DNA of 64,000 nucleotides from an uncultured Verrucomicrobiota bacterium (lineage in GTDB: Bacteria; Verrucomicrobiota; Kiritimatiellia; JAAZAB01), in the NCBI GenBank assembly GCA_964650945.1, contig CAZYXU010000003.1, positions 1,754 to 65,753 on the forward strand, in the 5' to 3' direction. Shown here in pieces: positions 44,116 through 54,900 of the stretch. A model generated the notes under the pieces. The model worked only from the letters and a program-made list of their open reading frames with translations. It ran no database searches and had not been told where the DNA came from. The position numbers and the translations under genes were made by a program. Each line of letters starts with the position of its first letter. The first letter of the stretch is position 1.

Positions 44116-44754
44116 ATGCTGATTTCGAACGTTACACGCTGGCTGCCGTCCGCCTTCATGGCGGCCGGATGCGTCTGGCTTGCCGGTTGCGCCACCAGCC
44201 GCGAGCCGCAATATTTTTTGCTGTCAGACGGCGCCCCGCCGCCCGCTGCCGGCGTCATGCATTTGCCGGAGCCGGCGCGCGTCATCCAGCTTTCGCCCAT
44301 CCGGCTGCCGGCCTATCTCGATCGGCCCCAGATTGTCACCCGGCCGGCGCCATGGCAGATTCAAACCAGCGATTTCCACCGGTGGGGGATGCCGCTCGAC
44401 GGCGCGGTGACGGATCTCCTGGCCGCCGTGCTGGCGGGAGCATTGCCCGCGGCGGCGGTGGCAACCGCGCCGCCGCCCGCCGCCCCGCCCGCCGGCCGCC
44501 GCCCCGCGGCCTGCCGGGTGCGGGTGGAGATTGACCGCCTGGACGGCGCCCTGGGCGGCGAGGTTGTCCTGGCGGCGCGCTGGACGGTGACGGCGGAACC
44601 GGGGGCGCCGGGGGCTGAGGCGCCGGCGCTGCGGCGCGCGGCGCATTGCCGCCAGCCGACGTCCGGCCCGGGTTATGACGCCTACGTCCAGGCCATCGGT
44701 GCGGCGGTGGCGCGGTTGGGCCAAGAGCTTGCCGCCAGTCTCAGTGAGCCTTAA
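44116..44754 (+). CDS. ABC-transport auxiliary lipoprotein (PqiC/YmbA-like, DUF330)
   Basis: Lipobox LAGC. Its position directly after mlaEFD is typical of PqiC-like components. Its sequence is Pro/Ala-rich with low motif content. Confidence 0.55.
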   Translation: MLISNVTRWLPSAFMAAGCVWLAGCATSREPQYFLLSDGAPPPAAGVMHLPEPARVIQLSPIRLPAYLDRPQIVTRPAPWQIQTSDFHRWGMPLDGAVTDLLAAVLAGALPAAAVATAPPPAAPPAGRRPAACRVRVEIDRLDGALGGEVVLAARWTVTAEPGAPGAEAPALRRAAHCRQPTSGPGYDAYVQAIGAAVARLGQELAASLSEP

Positions 44755-47144
44755 AGCTTGAACCTGATCCGGAAAACCGTGCCGGCCGCGCGGTCCACCT
44801 CAATGGCGCCCTGAAGCTGCTTTTGCGCCAGCATGCTCACCAGCCGCAAGCCGAGGGTGGGGCTGGCGCTCCAGTCCATGCCGGCGGGCAAACCACATCC
44901 GTTGTCGGCGACGGTCAGCAGGCATTCCCCGTTGGCTTGCGCGGCTTGCACCTTGATGACCGGCGGCGGGGCGCCGGGTGGGCGCGCGGCGCCGGCCGGG
45001 AAAGCGTGCTTGAAGGCGTTGGTGACCAGTTCGTTGACTATCAGCCCGCAGGGCACGGCGGTATCCAGGCTGACCGTAATCTCCCCCGCATCCACCAGGA
45101 TTTGCACGCCGTCGCGGATGGCAAAGGATTCCCGCAACGACGCCGCCAGGCTTTGGAAATATTCCTGCAACTTGATTTTGCTCAAGTTTTCGGATTGATA
45201 CAGCATTTCATGCAGGATGGCGATGGCGCGGATGCGGCGGCCCAGTTCCGGCAGCAGGGCGGCGTCCGGCAGCCGGCCCGGCGCGTGTTGCTGTAAATTA
45301 ATCAGCCCGACAATCACCGCCAGGTTGTTTTTAACGCGGTGATGCACTTCGCGCAGCAGCACCTCTTTCTCCGCCAGCAGCTCCTTCAGAATCCGGGCGT
45401 TTTCCCGCAGGGCGAGTTCCTGCTTCTTGGGCGCGGTGATATCCCAGAAAAATGCGGCAAAACGGTTTTGCCCGACCTGGCAGGCGCTCACCTGGTAATG
45501 GCGCTGGGACGGTTCGAAAAATATCTCGAAGGCGGCGGGTTCGCCGGTGAGCGCCACCTTGCCGTAGGTGGCGATCAGGTGGGTCTTTTCAATCCCGGGG
45601 TGGATTTGGGTAACGCGTTTGCCCAGCACATCCTTGAGCTTCAACCCCGTATGCGTTTCAAAGGCCGGGTTGGCCTTCAGGAAAATGTAATCCGCCGGGC
45701 GCCCTTGCGCGTCCAGGACGATTTCGTGGATGGCAATGGCCGAGAGGGAGTTGGTGAATAATTCGCGGAGTTGCCGCTCGCTGTCCCGCAATTCCCTTTC
45801 CAGGCGGTATTGCGCGGTGATGTCGCGGAACACCAGCACGACGCCGAAGATATCGCCGTTGGCGTCCTGAATCGGGGCGGCGCTGTCGGCAATTTGATAT
45901 TCGGCGCCATGCCGGCCGATGAGGGTGGTGTGATTGGCCAGGCCGACAATCTTGCCGTCCTTCAGCACTTTGGCCACGGGGTCGGGCATGGCCGCGCGGG
46001 TCTGGGCGTTGACGATTTTAATGATTTCCCCCAATGGTCGCCCTTCGGCCTCCGCCAGCGTCCAGCCGGTGAGGCGCTGGGCCACCAGGTTCATGCGCGC
46101 AACCTGTCCGGCGGCGTTGGTGGCGATGACCGCGTCCCCGATGGATTCCAGCGTGATCCGCAGGTGTTCCTCGCGGTGATGCAGGGCCTGCTCCGCCGCC
46201 TGGCGCTGCGTCAGTTCGACGCGCAGGCCGGCCGTGGCCGCCGCGATGCGGCGGCGCAGGGTATGCGCCCAGGCCAGGATGGCCAGCAGCAGCAGGCCGA
46301 TGGGCGCGAGAAAAATCAGCAGGTAGCGGGCCGCTTCGCCGATCGCGCCGCGGCGGGTGTAGCCGCCGAACCACCGGTCGTGGATTTGCTGGTAACGCCC
46401 GCTGGCGCGCAGCAGCAGCAGACCCTCGTCCAGCCGGGCCAGCAGGCTTTCACCGCCCTTGCGGCCGGCAAAACAATAATCGGTCTGATGGATGGCCGGA
46501 CCCGCCGGACGCAGGCCGTCCAAGCCATGCTTGTTGATCAGGTACAGCGCCGGCAATTTGGCCAGCAGCGCGCAATCGTGCCGGCCGTCCGCCAGCAGGC
46601 GCAGCGCGTCAATCGGATCGTTGACGGCGATGATATTCAGCGACAGGCTTTGCCCCAGCAGAAAATCGTGCATGATGTCGCCCTGCTGGACAATCACCTC
46701 GCGGCCTTTCAGGTCTTCAAGGCCCTTGATGGGTGAATCGCGGCGGGTGAAAATCGCGTGGGCCACGCTGATGAACGGGGCGGAAAAAATGAATTTCCGG
46801 CTGCGTTCGGCGGAATAATACATGCCGATCATCACGTCGGCCTCGCCGTCTTCCAGGCGGCGGAGCGCCGCGGTCCACGTGTCCAGCCGGATGCTGGGGC
46901 GGATATCCATCACCTCACAGACTTCGCGAAACAAGTCCACGTTGAAGCCGGTGGGCTGGCCCTGGTCGTCCAAAAATTCGTAGGGCGGGTAATTGTGGTC
47001 GCTGGCCGCGCGGATGTTTTCCGCGGCGTCCGCGCGGGCCGCCAGGGCCAGCAGCGCCATCCCGGCGATGGCCCGCCAAAGCGGCGGGCGCCCCCGGCGG
47101 GCATGGCGGATAGTCCGGTCGGTATTGAACTTTACCAGACGCAT
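44751..47144 (-). CDS. Sensor histidine kinase: periplasmic type-3 solute-binding domain, TM, 2–3 PAS domains, and HisKA_2/HWE-type kinase core
   Basis: N-terminal signal/TM then an SBP_bac_3-like region (RPSIRLDTWTAALRRLEDGEADVMIGMYYSAER). PAS segments follow. The H-box is VHHRVKNNLAVIVGLINLQ, and there is a C-terminal HATPase (TNAFKHAFP…DNGCGLP). Confidence 0.8.
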   Translation of the reverse strand: MRLVKFNTDRTIRHARRGRPPLWRAIAGMALLALAARADAAENIRAASDHNYPPYEFLDDQGQPTGFNVDLFREVCEVMDIRPSIRLDTWTAALRRLEDGEADVMIGMYYSAERSRKFIFSAPFISVAHAIFTRRDSPIKGLEDLKGREVIVQQGDIMHDFLLGQSLSLNIIAVNDPIDALRLLADGRHDCALLAKLPALYLINKHGLDGLRPAGPAIHQTDYCFAGRKGGESLLARLDEGLLLLRASGRYQQIHDRWFGGYTRRGAIGEAARYLLIFLAPIGLLLLAILAWAHTLRRRIAAATAGLRVELTQRQAAEQALHHREEHLRITLESIGDAVIATNAAGQVARMNLVAQRLTGWTLAEAEGRPLGEIIKIVNAQTRAAMPDPVAKVLKDGKIVGLANHTTLIGRHGAEYQIADSAAPIQDANGDIFGVVLVFRDITAQYRLERELRDSERQLRELFTNSLSAIAIHEIVLDAQGRPADYIFLKANPAFETHTGLKLKDVLGKRVTQIHPGIEKTHLIATYGKVALTGEPAAFEIFFEPSQRHYQVSACQVGQNRFAAFFWDITAPKKQELALRENARILKELLAEKEVLLREVHHRVKNNLAVIVGLINLQQHAPGRLPDAALLPELGRRIRAIAILHEMLYQSENLSKIKLQEYFQSLAASLRESFAIRDGVQILVDAGEITVSLDTAVPCGLIVNELVTNAFKHAFPAGAARPPGAPPPVIKVQAAQANGECLLTVADNGCGLPAGMDWSASPTLGLRLVSMLAQKQLQGAIEVDRAAGTVFRIRFKL

Positions 47145-47254
47145 GGGCTTAACCTTGTGAGTTTAAGGAGCCAGTCCGCGCCTAATCAAACCGTACTGCA
47201 TACCGAAGGATAATGCCGGAAGGGAACGGTGTCAAATGCAAAATCCGCCGTGGA

Positions 47255-48592
47255 TCAGCCGGCTTTGCCGGCCGGGCGGATGTAACCCCATTCCACCAGG
47301 CGTTGATAGGCATGCTGGGCCTGCTCGCCTTCCGAGGCCTGCTGCAGAAATTCCTGGTAGCAGCGGGCGGCTTCGGCCTTGCGCCCCATGTTTTCCAGGG
47401 CGAATCCGCGGAAAAACGAATTTAACGGGTTGCCGGGGAGCAGGCTGTTATAACGGGTGAAATTTTCCAGGGCCGCGGCGTACCGGCGGTTGCCCAGACA
47501 GGCCAGGCCGGCAATGTGCCAGGCCTGGGCTTCGCGCGGATAAATTTGACGCGCTTCCTCGGCCAGCGACTGGGCATCGGCGGGACGTTGCTGCGCCAGG
47601 CGGCATTTGGCCAGCATCAGCAAGGCGGTGTAATCGCCCGGGGCCAGGCGCCGGGCGGCTTCCAGTTGCGGCGCGGCCTGGTCGGGTTTGCCTTGGGCCA
47701 GCGCGAGGTCGCCGTTCTGCATCATTTGAATGGCTTCCTTTTGCGCGCGGATGGCGGCGGTCAGGTCGAGATAACGCTCGCGGTTTTCCGGCTGCGCCCG
47801 CCGGTCGCGGTATTGGGCTTCCACCAGTTCCGACGCGGTCCGGTAGCGTTCCTCGCTCATCGGGTGGGTGGCGAACATGAGTTCAATCAGGCCGGGCTTG
47901 CTCTTGGAGAGTTGGCGCAGGAGGTCCATCAGGGCGATGCAGCCGTTGGGATTGTAGCCCGCGCGCGTCATGTATTCCAGCCCCAGGGCGTCGGCCTGGC
48001 GCTCGTCATCCCGGCTGTAGCGCGCCAGCCACGCGCCGCCGGCCACCATGCCGACGCCGGCGGCGATGTTGGCGTATTCCTCGTGCTGGGATTGCACGTA
48101 GGTGTTGACGCCCGCCATCACCATCCCGGCCAGCATGCTGCGGGTGAGGTTGCTGCCCGTATGGCGGGAGCAGACGTGGCCGATCTCATGGCCCAGCACG
48201 GCCGCCAGCTCGTCCTCGCTCTCCATGGCCAGCAGCATGCCGCGCGTGACCGCCATGGTGCCGGCCGGAAATGTGTAGGCGTTGACGTAGGTGGCATTGA
48301 CCCCCTGGCAGGCGTAGGGCCGGCCGGGGCGGTGGGAATGCGCGGCCAGTTTTTTGCAGACTTGCGCCAGATAAGCGTTCAGGGCGGCATCCTGGCTGAT
48401 GCCGTAATCGGCCGAGAATTGGTGCGGAGCGTTTTGCCGGTCAATGTCAATTTCGCCGGATTCGGACAACAGCATCAGTTGCTTGCGGCCGGTGACGGGG
48501 TTGGTGGCGCAGCCGGCGCAGAACCCGGCCAGGGCGCCGGCAGAGACGGCGATAAAATCGCGGCGGCCGATTGTTTTTGGACGCAACAACAT
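47255..48592 (-). CDS. BepA-like M48-family zinc metalloprotease with C-terminal TPR repeats, a Tat-signal lipoprotein
   Basis: GHEIGH (HExxH). N-terminal RRDFIAVSAGALAGFCAGCA is a twin-arginine motif plus lipobox. Three or more TPR-like repeats are C-terminal. GGGGGAAAAG RBS before ATG 48592. Confidence 0.8.
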   Translation of the reverse strand: MLLRPKTIGRRDFIAVSAGALAGFCAGCATNPVTGRKQLMLLSESGEIDIDRQNAPHQFSADYGISQDAALNAYLAQVCKKLAAHSHRPGRPYACQGVNATYVNAYTFPAGTMAVTRGMLLAMESEDELAAVLGHEIGHVCSRHTGSNLTRSMLAGMVMAGVNTYVQSQHEEYANIAAGVGMVAGGAWLARYSRDDERQADALGLEYMTRAGYNPNGCIALMDLLRQLSKSKPGLIELMFATHPMSEERYRTASELVEAQYRDRRAQPENRERYLDLTAAIRAQKEAIQMMQNGDLALAQGKPDQAAPQLEAARRLAPGDYTALLMLAKCRLAQQRPADAQSLAEEARQIYPREAQAWHIAGLACLGNRRYAAALENFTRYNSLLPGNPLNSFFRGFALENMGRKAEAARCYQEFLQQASEGEQAQHAYQRLVEWGYIRPAGKAG

Positions 48593-48656
48593 CTTGGCTT
48601 TTCCCCCGCGTTCTGCTAAATTCAGACGACATACCCATAGCACAATTGCCGCTTGA

Positions 48657-50009
48657 ATGCAAACCGCTTTTAACATCCTGGTCATCGAGGACGATCCCGA
48701 CGGCCGGCAGTCGGTCACCGATGCGCTGGAGTCCGCCGGGCACCAGGTTGCCGCCGCCGCCGCCGGCGCCGCCGGCCTGGCCGCGCTCGCCGCCGGCCGG
48801 TTTGACCTGGTCCTTTCGGATGTGCGCCTGCCGGATTTGGACGGGCTGGAGGTGCTCGCGCGCATCCGCCAGCGCGATGCGGCCATCCCGGTGCTGCTGA
48901 TGACGGCCTACGGCTCGGTGGCCACCGCCGTTGCCGCCCTGCAGGCGGGCGCGTATGACTACATTCTGAAACCGCTGGACCTGGCGGATTTGCAGGCCAA
49001 GGTGGCGCGGGCGGGGGAGACCGTCCGCCTGCGCGCGGAAGTCGGCCGGCTGCAGGCGGCCTTGTCCGCCCGCAATGGTGCGCGGCCGCTGGTGTTCGCC
49101 TCCGACCGGATGCGGGCGGTATTGGAACGGGTGCGGGCCGTGGCCTCCACGCGGGCGACGGTTTTGATTGTCGGCGAAAGCGGGGTGGGCAAGGAGTTGA
49201 TCGCGCGCGAATTGCACTTTGGCGGCGCGCGCGCGGCCGCGCCCTTCGTGGCGGTCAATTGCGGCGCGCTGTCGGAGTCGCTGCTGGAGTCGGAATTGTT
49301 CGGCCATGAAAAGGGCGCCTTCACCGGGGCGGCGGAACGGCATCCCGGGGCGTTTGAGCGCGCGCAGGACGGCACGTTGTTCCTGGATGAAATCGGCATC
49401 GCGCCCCCGCGCGTGCAGGAGCGCCTCTTGCGGGTGCTGGAGGAAAAGGAAATCACGCGGCTGGGCGGCCGGCAGACCGTGCCGCTGGATGTGCGGATTA
49501 TCGCGGCTTCCAACCAGGATTTGCACGTGCTGGCGGCGGAGCGGCAATTCCGGCGCGACCTGCTCTACCGCTTGCAGGTGGTGACCATTGCCGTGCCCCC
49601 CTTGCGGGAGCGGCCGGCGGACGTGCGGCCGCTGGCCGACCATTTCATCGCCATGGCCTGCGCGGAGCATGGCCGGCATCTCGAGGGCGCGGCGCCGGAT
49701 TATTACGCGCGGCTGGAGCAATACGCCTGGCCGGGCAACGTCCGCGAATTAAAACATGCGGTGGAGGCTTCCGTGCTGATGGCCGCGACCCCGCGGCTGA
49801 CGGGCGCCGACCTGCAACTGGGCGCCGCCGCGCCGCCGGCCGCGGCGCCCCCCATTCCCCCCGGCCTGACGCTGGCGGAAATCGAGCGCGTGGCATTGTT
49901 GCAGGCCCTGCGACGGCACCAGGGCAGCCGCGTGGCGGCGGCGGCGGAATTAGGGGTCGCCGTCCGCACGATCCAGCGAAAAATCCGGGACTACGCCCTG
50001 CCGTTTTAG
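48657..50009 (+). CDS. Sigma-54-dependent response regulator (NtrC family: receiver plus AAA+ sigma54-activation plus Fis-type HTH)
   Basis: Receiver (ILVIEDDPDG…DLVLSDVRLPDLDG), Walker A GESGVGKE, GAFTGA motif (EKGAFTGAAER), and a C-terminal HTH. Confidence 0.85.
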   Translation: MQTAFNILVIEDDPDGRQSVTDALESAGHQVAAAAAGAAGLAALAAGRFDLVLSDVRLPDLDGLEVLARIRQRDAAIPVLLMTAYGSVATAVAALQAGAYDYILKPLDLADLQAKVARAGETVRLRAEVGRLQAALSARNGARPLVFASDRMRAVLERVRAVASTRATVLIVGESGVGKELIARELHFGGARAAAPFVAVNCGALSESLLESELFGHEKGAFTGAAERHPGAFERAQDGTLFLDEIGIAPPRVQERLLRVLEEKEITRLGGRQTVPLDVRIIAASNQDLHVLAAERQFRRDLLYRLQVVTIAVPPLRERPADVRPLADHFIAMACAEHGRHLEGAAPDYYARLEQYAWPGNVRELKHAVEASVLMAATPRLTGADLQLGAAAPPAAAPPIPPGLTLAEIERVALLQALRRHQGSRVAAAAELGVAVRTIQRKIRDYALPF

Positions 50010-50566
50010 GAAAGATGCTGCCAGAGGATGCGCGCGCCGATGCCGATCAGGACCAGCCCGCCGGCGATTTCAATCTTGTTTTCGAAGCAATGCCCGAACC
50101 GCTCGCCGATGAACACCCCGGCCAGCGACATGGCGAAGGTGATGGCGCCGATCACCAGCGCCGGCGCGATAATCGCCACCCGCAGCATGGAGAGGCTGAA
50201 CCCGACCGCCAGGGCGTCAATACTGGTGGCCACCGCGAGCGTCAGCAGCAACTGCATACCCAGCGGCCGGTGGCGGTGTTCGGCCTTTTCCAGCGCGAAC
50301 GCTTCGTAAATCATTTTTCCGCCGATGAACGTCAACAAGCCGAAGGCGATCCAGTGGTCCACGGCGGCGACCGCATCCCGCACGCCGCGCCCGCCGAGCC
50401 AGCCCAGGATGGGCATGAGCATCTGGGCCAGGCCGAAACAGGCGGCGATGCGCAGGGCATAGCCGATGCGCAGGGTCCGCCGGACGGCGCAGCCGCTGGC
50501 GATGGCGACGGCGAAAGCATCCAGGGACAAGCCCAGGGAGATGGCGATGAGTTCGAAAACCTTCAT
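50006..50566 (-). CDS. mntP: Manganese efflux pump MntP
   Basis: Duplicated DUF204 halves with LSLDAFAVAIASG and TSIDALAVGFSLS motifs. Confidence 0.85.
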   Translation of the reverse strand: MKVFELIAISLGLSLDAFAVAIASGCAVRRTLRIGYALRIAACFGLAQMLMPILGWLGGRGVRDAVAAVDHWIAFGLLTFIGGKMIYEAFALEKAEHRHRPLGMQLLLTLAVATSIDALAVGFSLSMLRVAIIAPALVIGAITFAMSLAGVFIGERFGHCFENKIEIAGGLVLIGIGARILWQHLS

Positions 50567-51945
50567 GTGTGTTGTTCGATGAATTCCCGCACGCTGGCGG
50601 GCGCGGCGGGGCGGACGGTGCGCCGCTGCGGCAATTGCGCCAGGCCGTCCAGCGCGGGATGGCGCGCCAGATCGCGCCCGGTGGCCTGGCGGATGGCGGC
50701 GCCGAACTTGGCGGGGTGGGCGGTGGCCAGGCAGATCATCGGCTCGTCCGGATGCAAAAATTGTTGCGCGACATGCACGCCCGCGGCCGTGTGCGGATCG
50801 AGCAGGTAACCGTGGCGCGCGTGGCAGGCGCGGATGGCGGCAAGCGTGGCGGCGGTGTCCGCCGACCCGGCGCAGAACAGCGGATCGATCGCGCCGTCCG
50901 GGCCGGCCGGCAATTCCAGCCGGCCGGTTTGGGCGAAGGTTTGCATCCGCCGCCGCAGCGCGCCGGCATCGCCGTTCAGCCGGTAGTAAAGATAACGTTC
51001 GAAATTGCTGGCCACCTGGATGTCCATGGACGGGCTGATGGTGGCCTGAACCGCGCCGCGCTGGTACACGCCGGTCTGGAAGAAGCGCGCGAGAATGGCG
51101 TTTTCATTGGTCGCCAGGATGAGCCGGCGGATGGGCAGCCCCATGCGCCCGGCGATGTAGCCGGCGAAGATGTCGCCGAAATTACCCGTGGGCACGGCAA
51201 ACCGGACGCCGGCGCAGCCGGTTTCGTCCATCACCCGGAAGGCGGCGTAAAAGTAATAGACCACCTGGGCCAGGATGCGCGCCCAGTTGATGGAGTTGAC
51301 CGCGCCCAGGCAGCGGCGGTCGCGGAACGGCAGGTCGCCCAGCAGCGTCTTGACGATCTGCTGGCAATCGTCAAACGTCCCCTGCAGCGCCAGCGTAAAA
51401 ACATTGGCATCCGGCACGGTGATCATCTGGAGTTCCTGCGACGGGCTGACCCGGCCGTCCGGGTAGAGGACGAAGATGCGGATGCGTTCGCGGCCCTTGA
51501 CGCCGTGGACCGCCGCGCTCCCGGTGTCGCCGCTGGTGGCGGCGATGATGTTCAATTGGCCCCCGGTGCCTTGCAGGAGATACTCGAAGAGGCCGCCGAG
51601 GAATTGCAATGCCAGATCCTTGAAGGCCAGGGTGGGGCCGTGGAACAACTCCAGCAGATGCAGCTCGCCCAGCCGCCGGACCGGCGTGATTTCCGGGTGG
51701 GTGAAGGCGGCGCACGCGGTGTGCACCAGCCGGCGCAGGTCCGCCGCCGGCAGGTCGGTGTAAAGCCGCATGATTTCGCAGGCCAGTTCCGGGTAGGGCA
51801 ACGCGCGCCAGGCCGGCAGATGTTGGCGGACATCGGGGATGGATTCCGGCAGGAACAGGCCGCCATCGCGGGCCAGGCCGGCGAGCACGGCCCCGGAAAA
51901 GTCGGCGGCATCGCCGCCGCGGGTACTGATGTAGCGCATAATCAC
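50563..51945 (-). CDS. thrC: Threonine synthase ThrC (long form)
   Basis: MRYISTRGG N-terminus and PLP-lysine region FKDLALQF. The GTG start overlaps the stop of the upstream kinase gene (GTGA). Confidence 0.85.
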   Translation of the reverse strand: MIMRYISTRGGDAADFSGAVLAGLARDGGLFLPESIPDVRQHLPAWRALPYPELACEIMRLYTDLPAADLRRLVHTACAAFTHPEITPVRRLGELHLLELFHGPTLAFKDLALQFLGGLFEYLLQGTGGQLNIIAATSGDTGSAAVHGVKGRERIRIFVLYPDGRVSPSQELQMITVPDANVFTLALQGTFDDCQQIVKTLLGDLPFRDRRCLGAVNSINWARILAQVVYYFYAAFRVMDETGCAGVRFAVPTGNFGDIFAGYIAGRMGLPIRRLILATNENAILARFFQTGVYQRGAVQATISPSMDIQVASNFERYLYYRLNGDAGALRRRMQTFAQTGRLELPAGPDGAIDPLFCAGSADTAATLAAIRACHARHGYLLDPHTAAGVHVAQQFLHPDEPMICLATAHPAKFGAAIRQATGRDLARHPALDGLAQLPQRRTVRPAAPASVREFIEQHT

Positions 51946-54900
51946 TCCCAGTTTTGACGGCCGTGATGCGGCCGCCAGGGCAGGCCGTTGACCGCGGCCA
52001 GGGCGGGCATCTGGCGCAGAATTTCCGCGAAAACACGGTCGGTGTCCCGCTGGTGGCGGAAGGGCTGGTAATCCAGCCAGATTTCCTCGATGGGCGCGTG
52101 TTGCAGGGGGGAAAGGTCTTTAATGGCGGTCTGCTTGATGTTCAAGGTGCGCAATGGCATGCCGCGCAGCGCCAGGATGTTCTTGATTTCCGTCCCGCTG
52201 ATGTCCAGGTGTTTCAACGGCATGCCGTGAATCTGCGTCAGATCGTTGACCTTGGTGGCGGCCAGATCGAGCCGCTCGAGGGGCATGTTCGCCAGGGGGC
52301 GCAAGTCCCAGACTGCCGTCTCGCGCACGTCCAGCGCGCTCAACGGCATGCCCGCCAGCGGGGCCAGGTCGCGGATCAGGGTGCGGGCGGCCCGCAAATC
52401 CGTCAGGGGCTTGCCGCGCAGCACGCCGAGGTCGGCGATTTCGGTCTGGGTCAGGTTCAGTTCCCGCAAAGGCATCGCGCGCAGCGGGGCGAGATCCCGC
52501 AGCTTGACGTAGCTCAAGTCGAGCGCTGTCAGGCGCAGGTCGGCCAGCGGCCCGATGTCGGTCACGTCGGTTTGCGTCAGGCTCAGCCGGGTCAGCGACA
52601 GCATGCCGGTGATGGGCTCCAGATCCTTGACGCGGGTGTGCCCCAGATAGAGGGTTTGCAGGGGCAGGTTGCGCAGCGGTTCCAGGTCGTCCAATGGCGC
52701 CAGAATGACGGCGTCCGACCGGTCGGCCGGCCGCTTGCCGCCGGCGATCAGTTCCCGCAGGGTGGTCAGTTGCGCCAGCGGTTGCAGGGTCCGTAAATTG
52801 GCAGAGATGATTTCCAGGCGGACAGGCTGGCCCTGCGGGTCGGTTTGACAGACGATTTCACTTTCCCGCAAGCCGGGATTGTGATTGAGCAGGCTGTTTT
52901 TCAGGTAACCAGGCGTATCGCGTCCGCCGCCGTTTTCCGCCTCCCGCCCGGCGCCGGCGTCGCTCCCGGCGGCCGCGCCGGCGGCGGCCGCGGCCGGATG
53001 GGATTCCGCGGCTTTCCATAGCGGCTCGGCCTGCCTGACGCAATCGGTGCCGGCATAACGGGTCTGGAACATAGCGGCGGCCTGGCGCAGGAATTGCGCC
53101 TCCAGCGGCGATAATTTGCGCTGTTTCAACAGGGCGGCAAGCTGGGCGGACTGGGGCGGCGGATCGTCGAGTTTGATCTGGACGCGCCCCAGGATGAGGG
53201 CCAGTTCCATCCAGGCGGCCTGTTCCTGCTGACGGTGGCGCTGCTGCGCCACGGCGGCGTTCAAGGCCGGCCCCAGCAACTCGCCGGCGCCTTCAAAGGC
53301 GCGTTCGGCCGCGTCAAAATTATTTTCCCGCATGGCCAGCATGCCCCGCAGCAGGGCCGTCTCGGGTGTGGCGGACGTCCCCAGCCGCTCCTGCTTTTCG
53401 ATGAGAGTCAGATCGGCCAGGCGCAGTTGCTGGGGTTGAATGGCATAACCGCCGCCGACAGGGCTGATTTTTTCGGCCAGGATGACGCCGTCGGCCACCT
53501 CCCGGACGGTAAGTTTTTCCACGCCCCGCGTCAGGCGGAGGTCGAGCGTCTGGCCCTTTTGAGGAAGAAAAGACGCAAGCAGGCGCCGGTCCAGTTCCGC
53601 GGCCGCCTGGCAGATTGACGCCAACTCGCGCAGTTGCGGACGGCGGTCCGCCAGTTGATTGTCGGCGCCGGCCGCCTGCAGGCGCTCCAGGATGGGGTCG
53701 AAGTTTTCCGTGAGCACGGCGGCGGTGACCTCGTCGAGGATTTGCTGCCATTGGCGGTCCAGCTCCTGCTGGCGCGATTGCTTGGCCGTCAGGTGTTCCG
53801 CGGCGCGGGCTTGCCATGTTTCGGCGCGGGCTCGGCGCTGCTGGGCGGTTTCGGCAGCCAATTCGCCGGCATAGCCGGATAAAAGCGCGGCTGCCTCCGC
53901 GTAATGCTGGCGCGCGGCCAGTTGTCCGGCCTGGTCGTTCAAGGTCTGCATGATCCGGTTGATGGCCCGATTCTTGGCCTGGCGCACTTTCTGGACTTCA
54001 TCCAGCGCCAGGGCGGCGTAGCGTGTGCCCCGGGTATCGGCGGCCACCTGCTCGAATTTACGGATGGCCTGGTTGTATTGCCCGGGATTTTCCGTCAGCC
54101 ACTGCAAGGTGTTGTCATACAGTTCGCGCGCCAGCTTTTCGCGTTCGTCGTCCGGGGCGGCGGGCGTGGTGGCGGCGGGCGGCGGCGCCGCCGGGGCGGC
54201 CCCTTGCGCGGCGGCCGCGCTTGCCGCGGCGCGGTCCGGCGCGCGCCAGCGGCGCAGGACCAGGCCGGCCAGCGCCAGGACGGCCAGGACCAGGATGGCG
54301 GCGATGATTTTCTCGAATTGCATCCGGCGGTTGACGATGCGGGGGCTGGGGATCGGGGCCGCGGCGCGCGCGCGGGGCCGCGGATGCGGCGATGTCGCCA
54401 GCCAGTAACCTTGCAGGTAACGCCTTTCCGGCAGACCGTCGGTGCGCTGGGTGTCTTCCTGGTCGAGCAGCCGGTAGATGTCCCGCAGGTGCTGGGCGCG
54501 CAATTGACAGCGCCGGACGGTGCTGGCCTTCGCCTGGCGGAAATCTCCCAGCGGCAGTTTTTCCGATCGGACTTGGATGATATCCTGGATGACCGCCCCC
54601 CAGTCCGCCTGGCGGTCGGCGGGGTCCTTATACATCATCTTTTCTATCAGGCAGGCGGAGCCGGTGGCAATCGCGGGGTGGATTTCCTGGGGATCGGGGA
54701 TGGTGTCCGTGATCTGGCGGTCCATGATTTCATGGGGCGGCAGCGACTCGAAAGGCATCTTGCCGGTCAGGCAGTGGTACAAGGTGGCGCCCAGGGCGTA
54801 AATATCGGTGCGGCAATCCAGGCTGCTGTCGCCGCGGGCCTGTTCGGGGGCGATGTAATTCGGGGTGCCGAAAATGGAGCCGGTCTCGCCGCTGTCGGCC

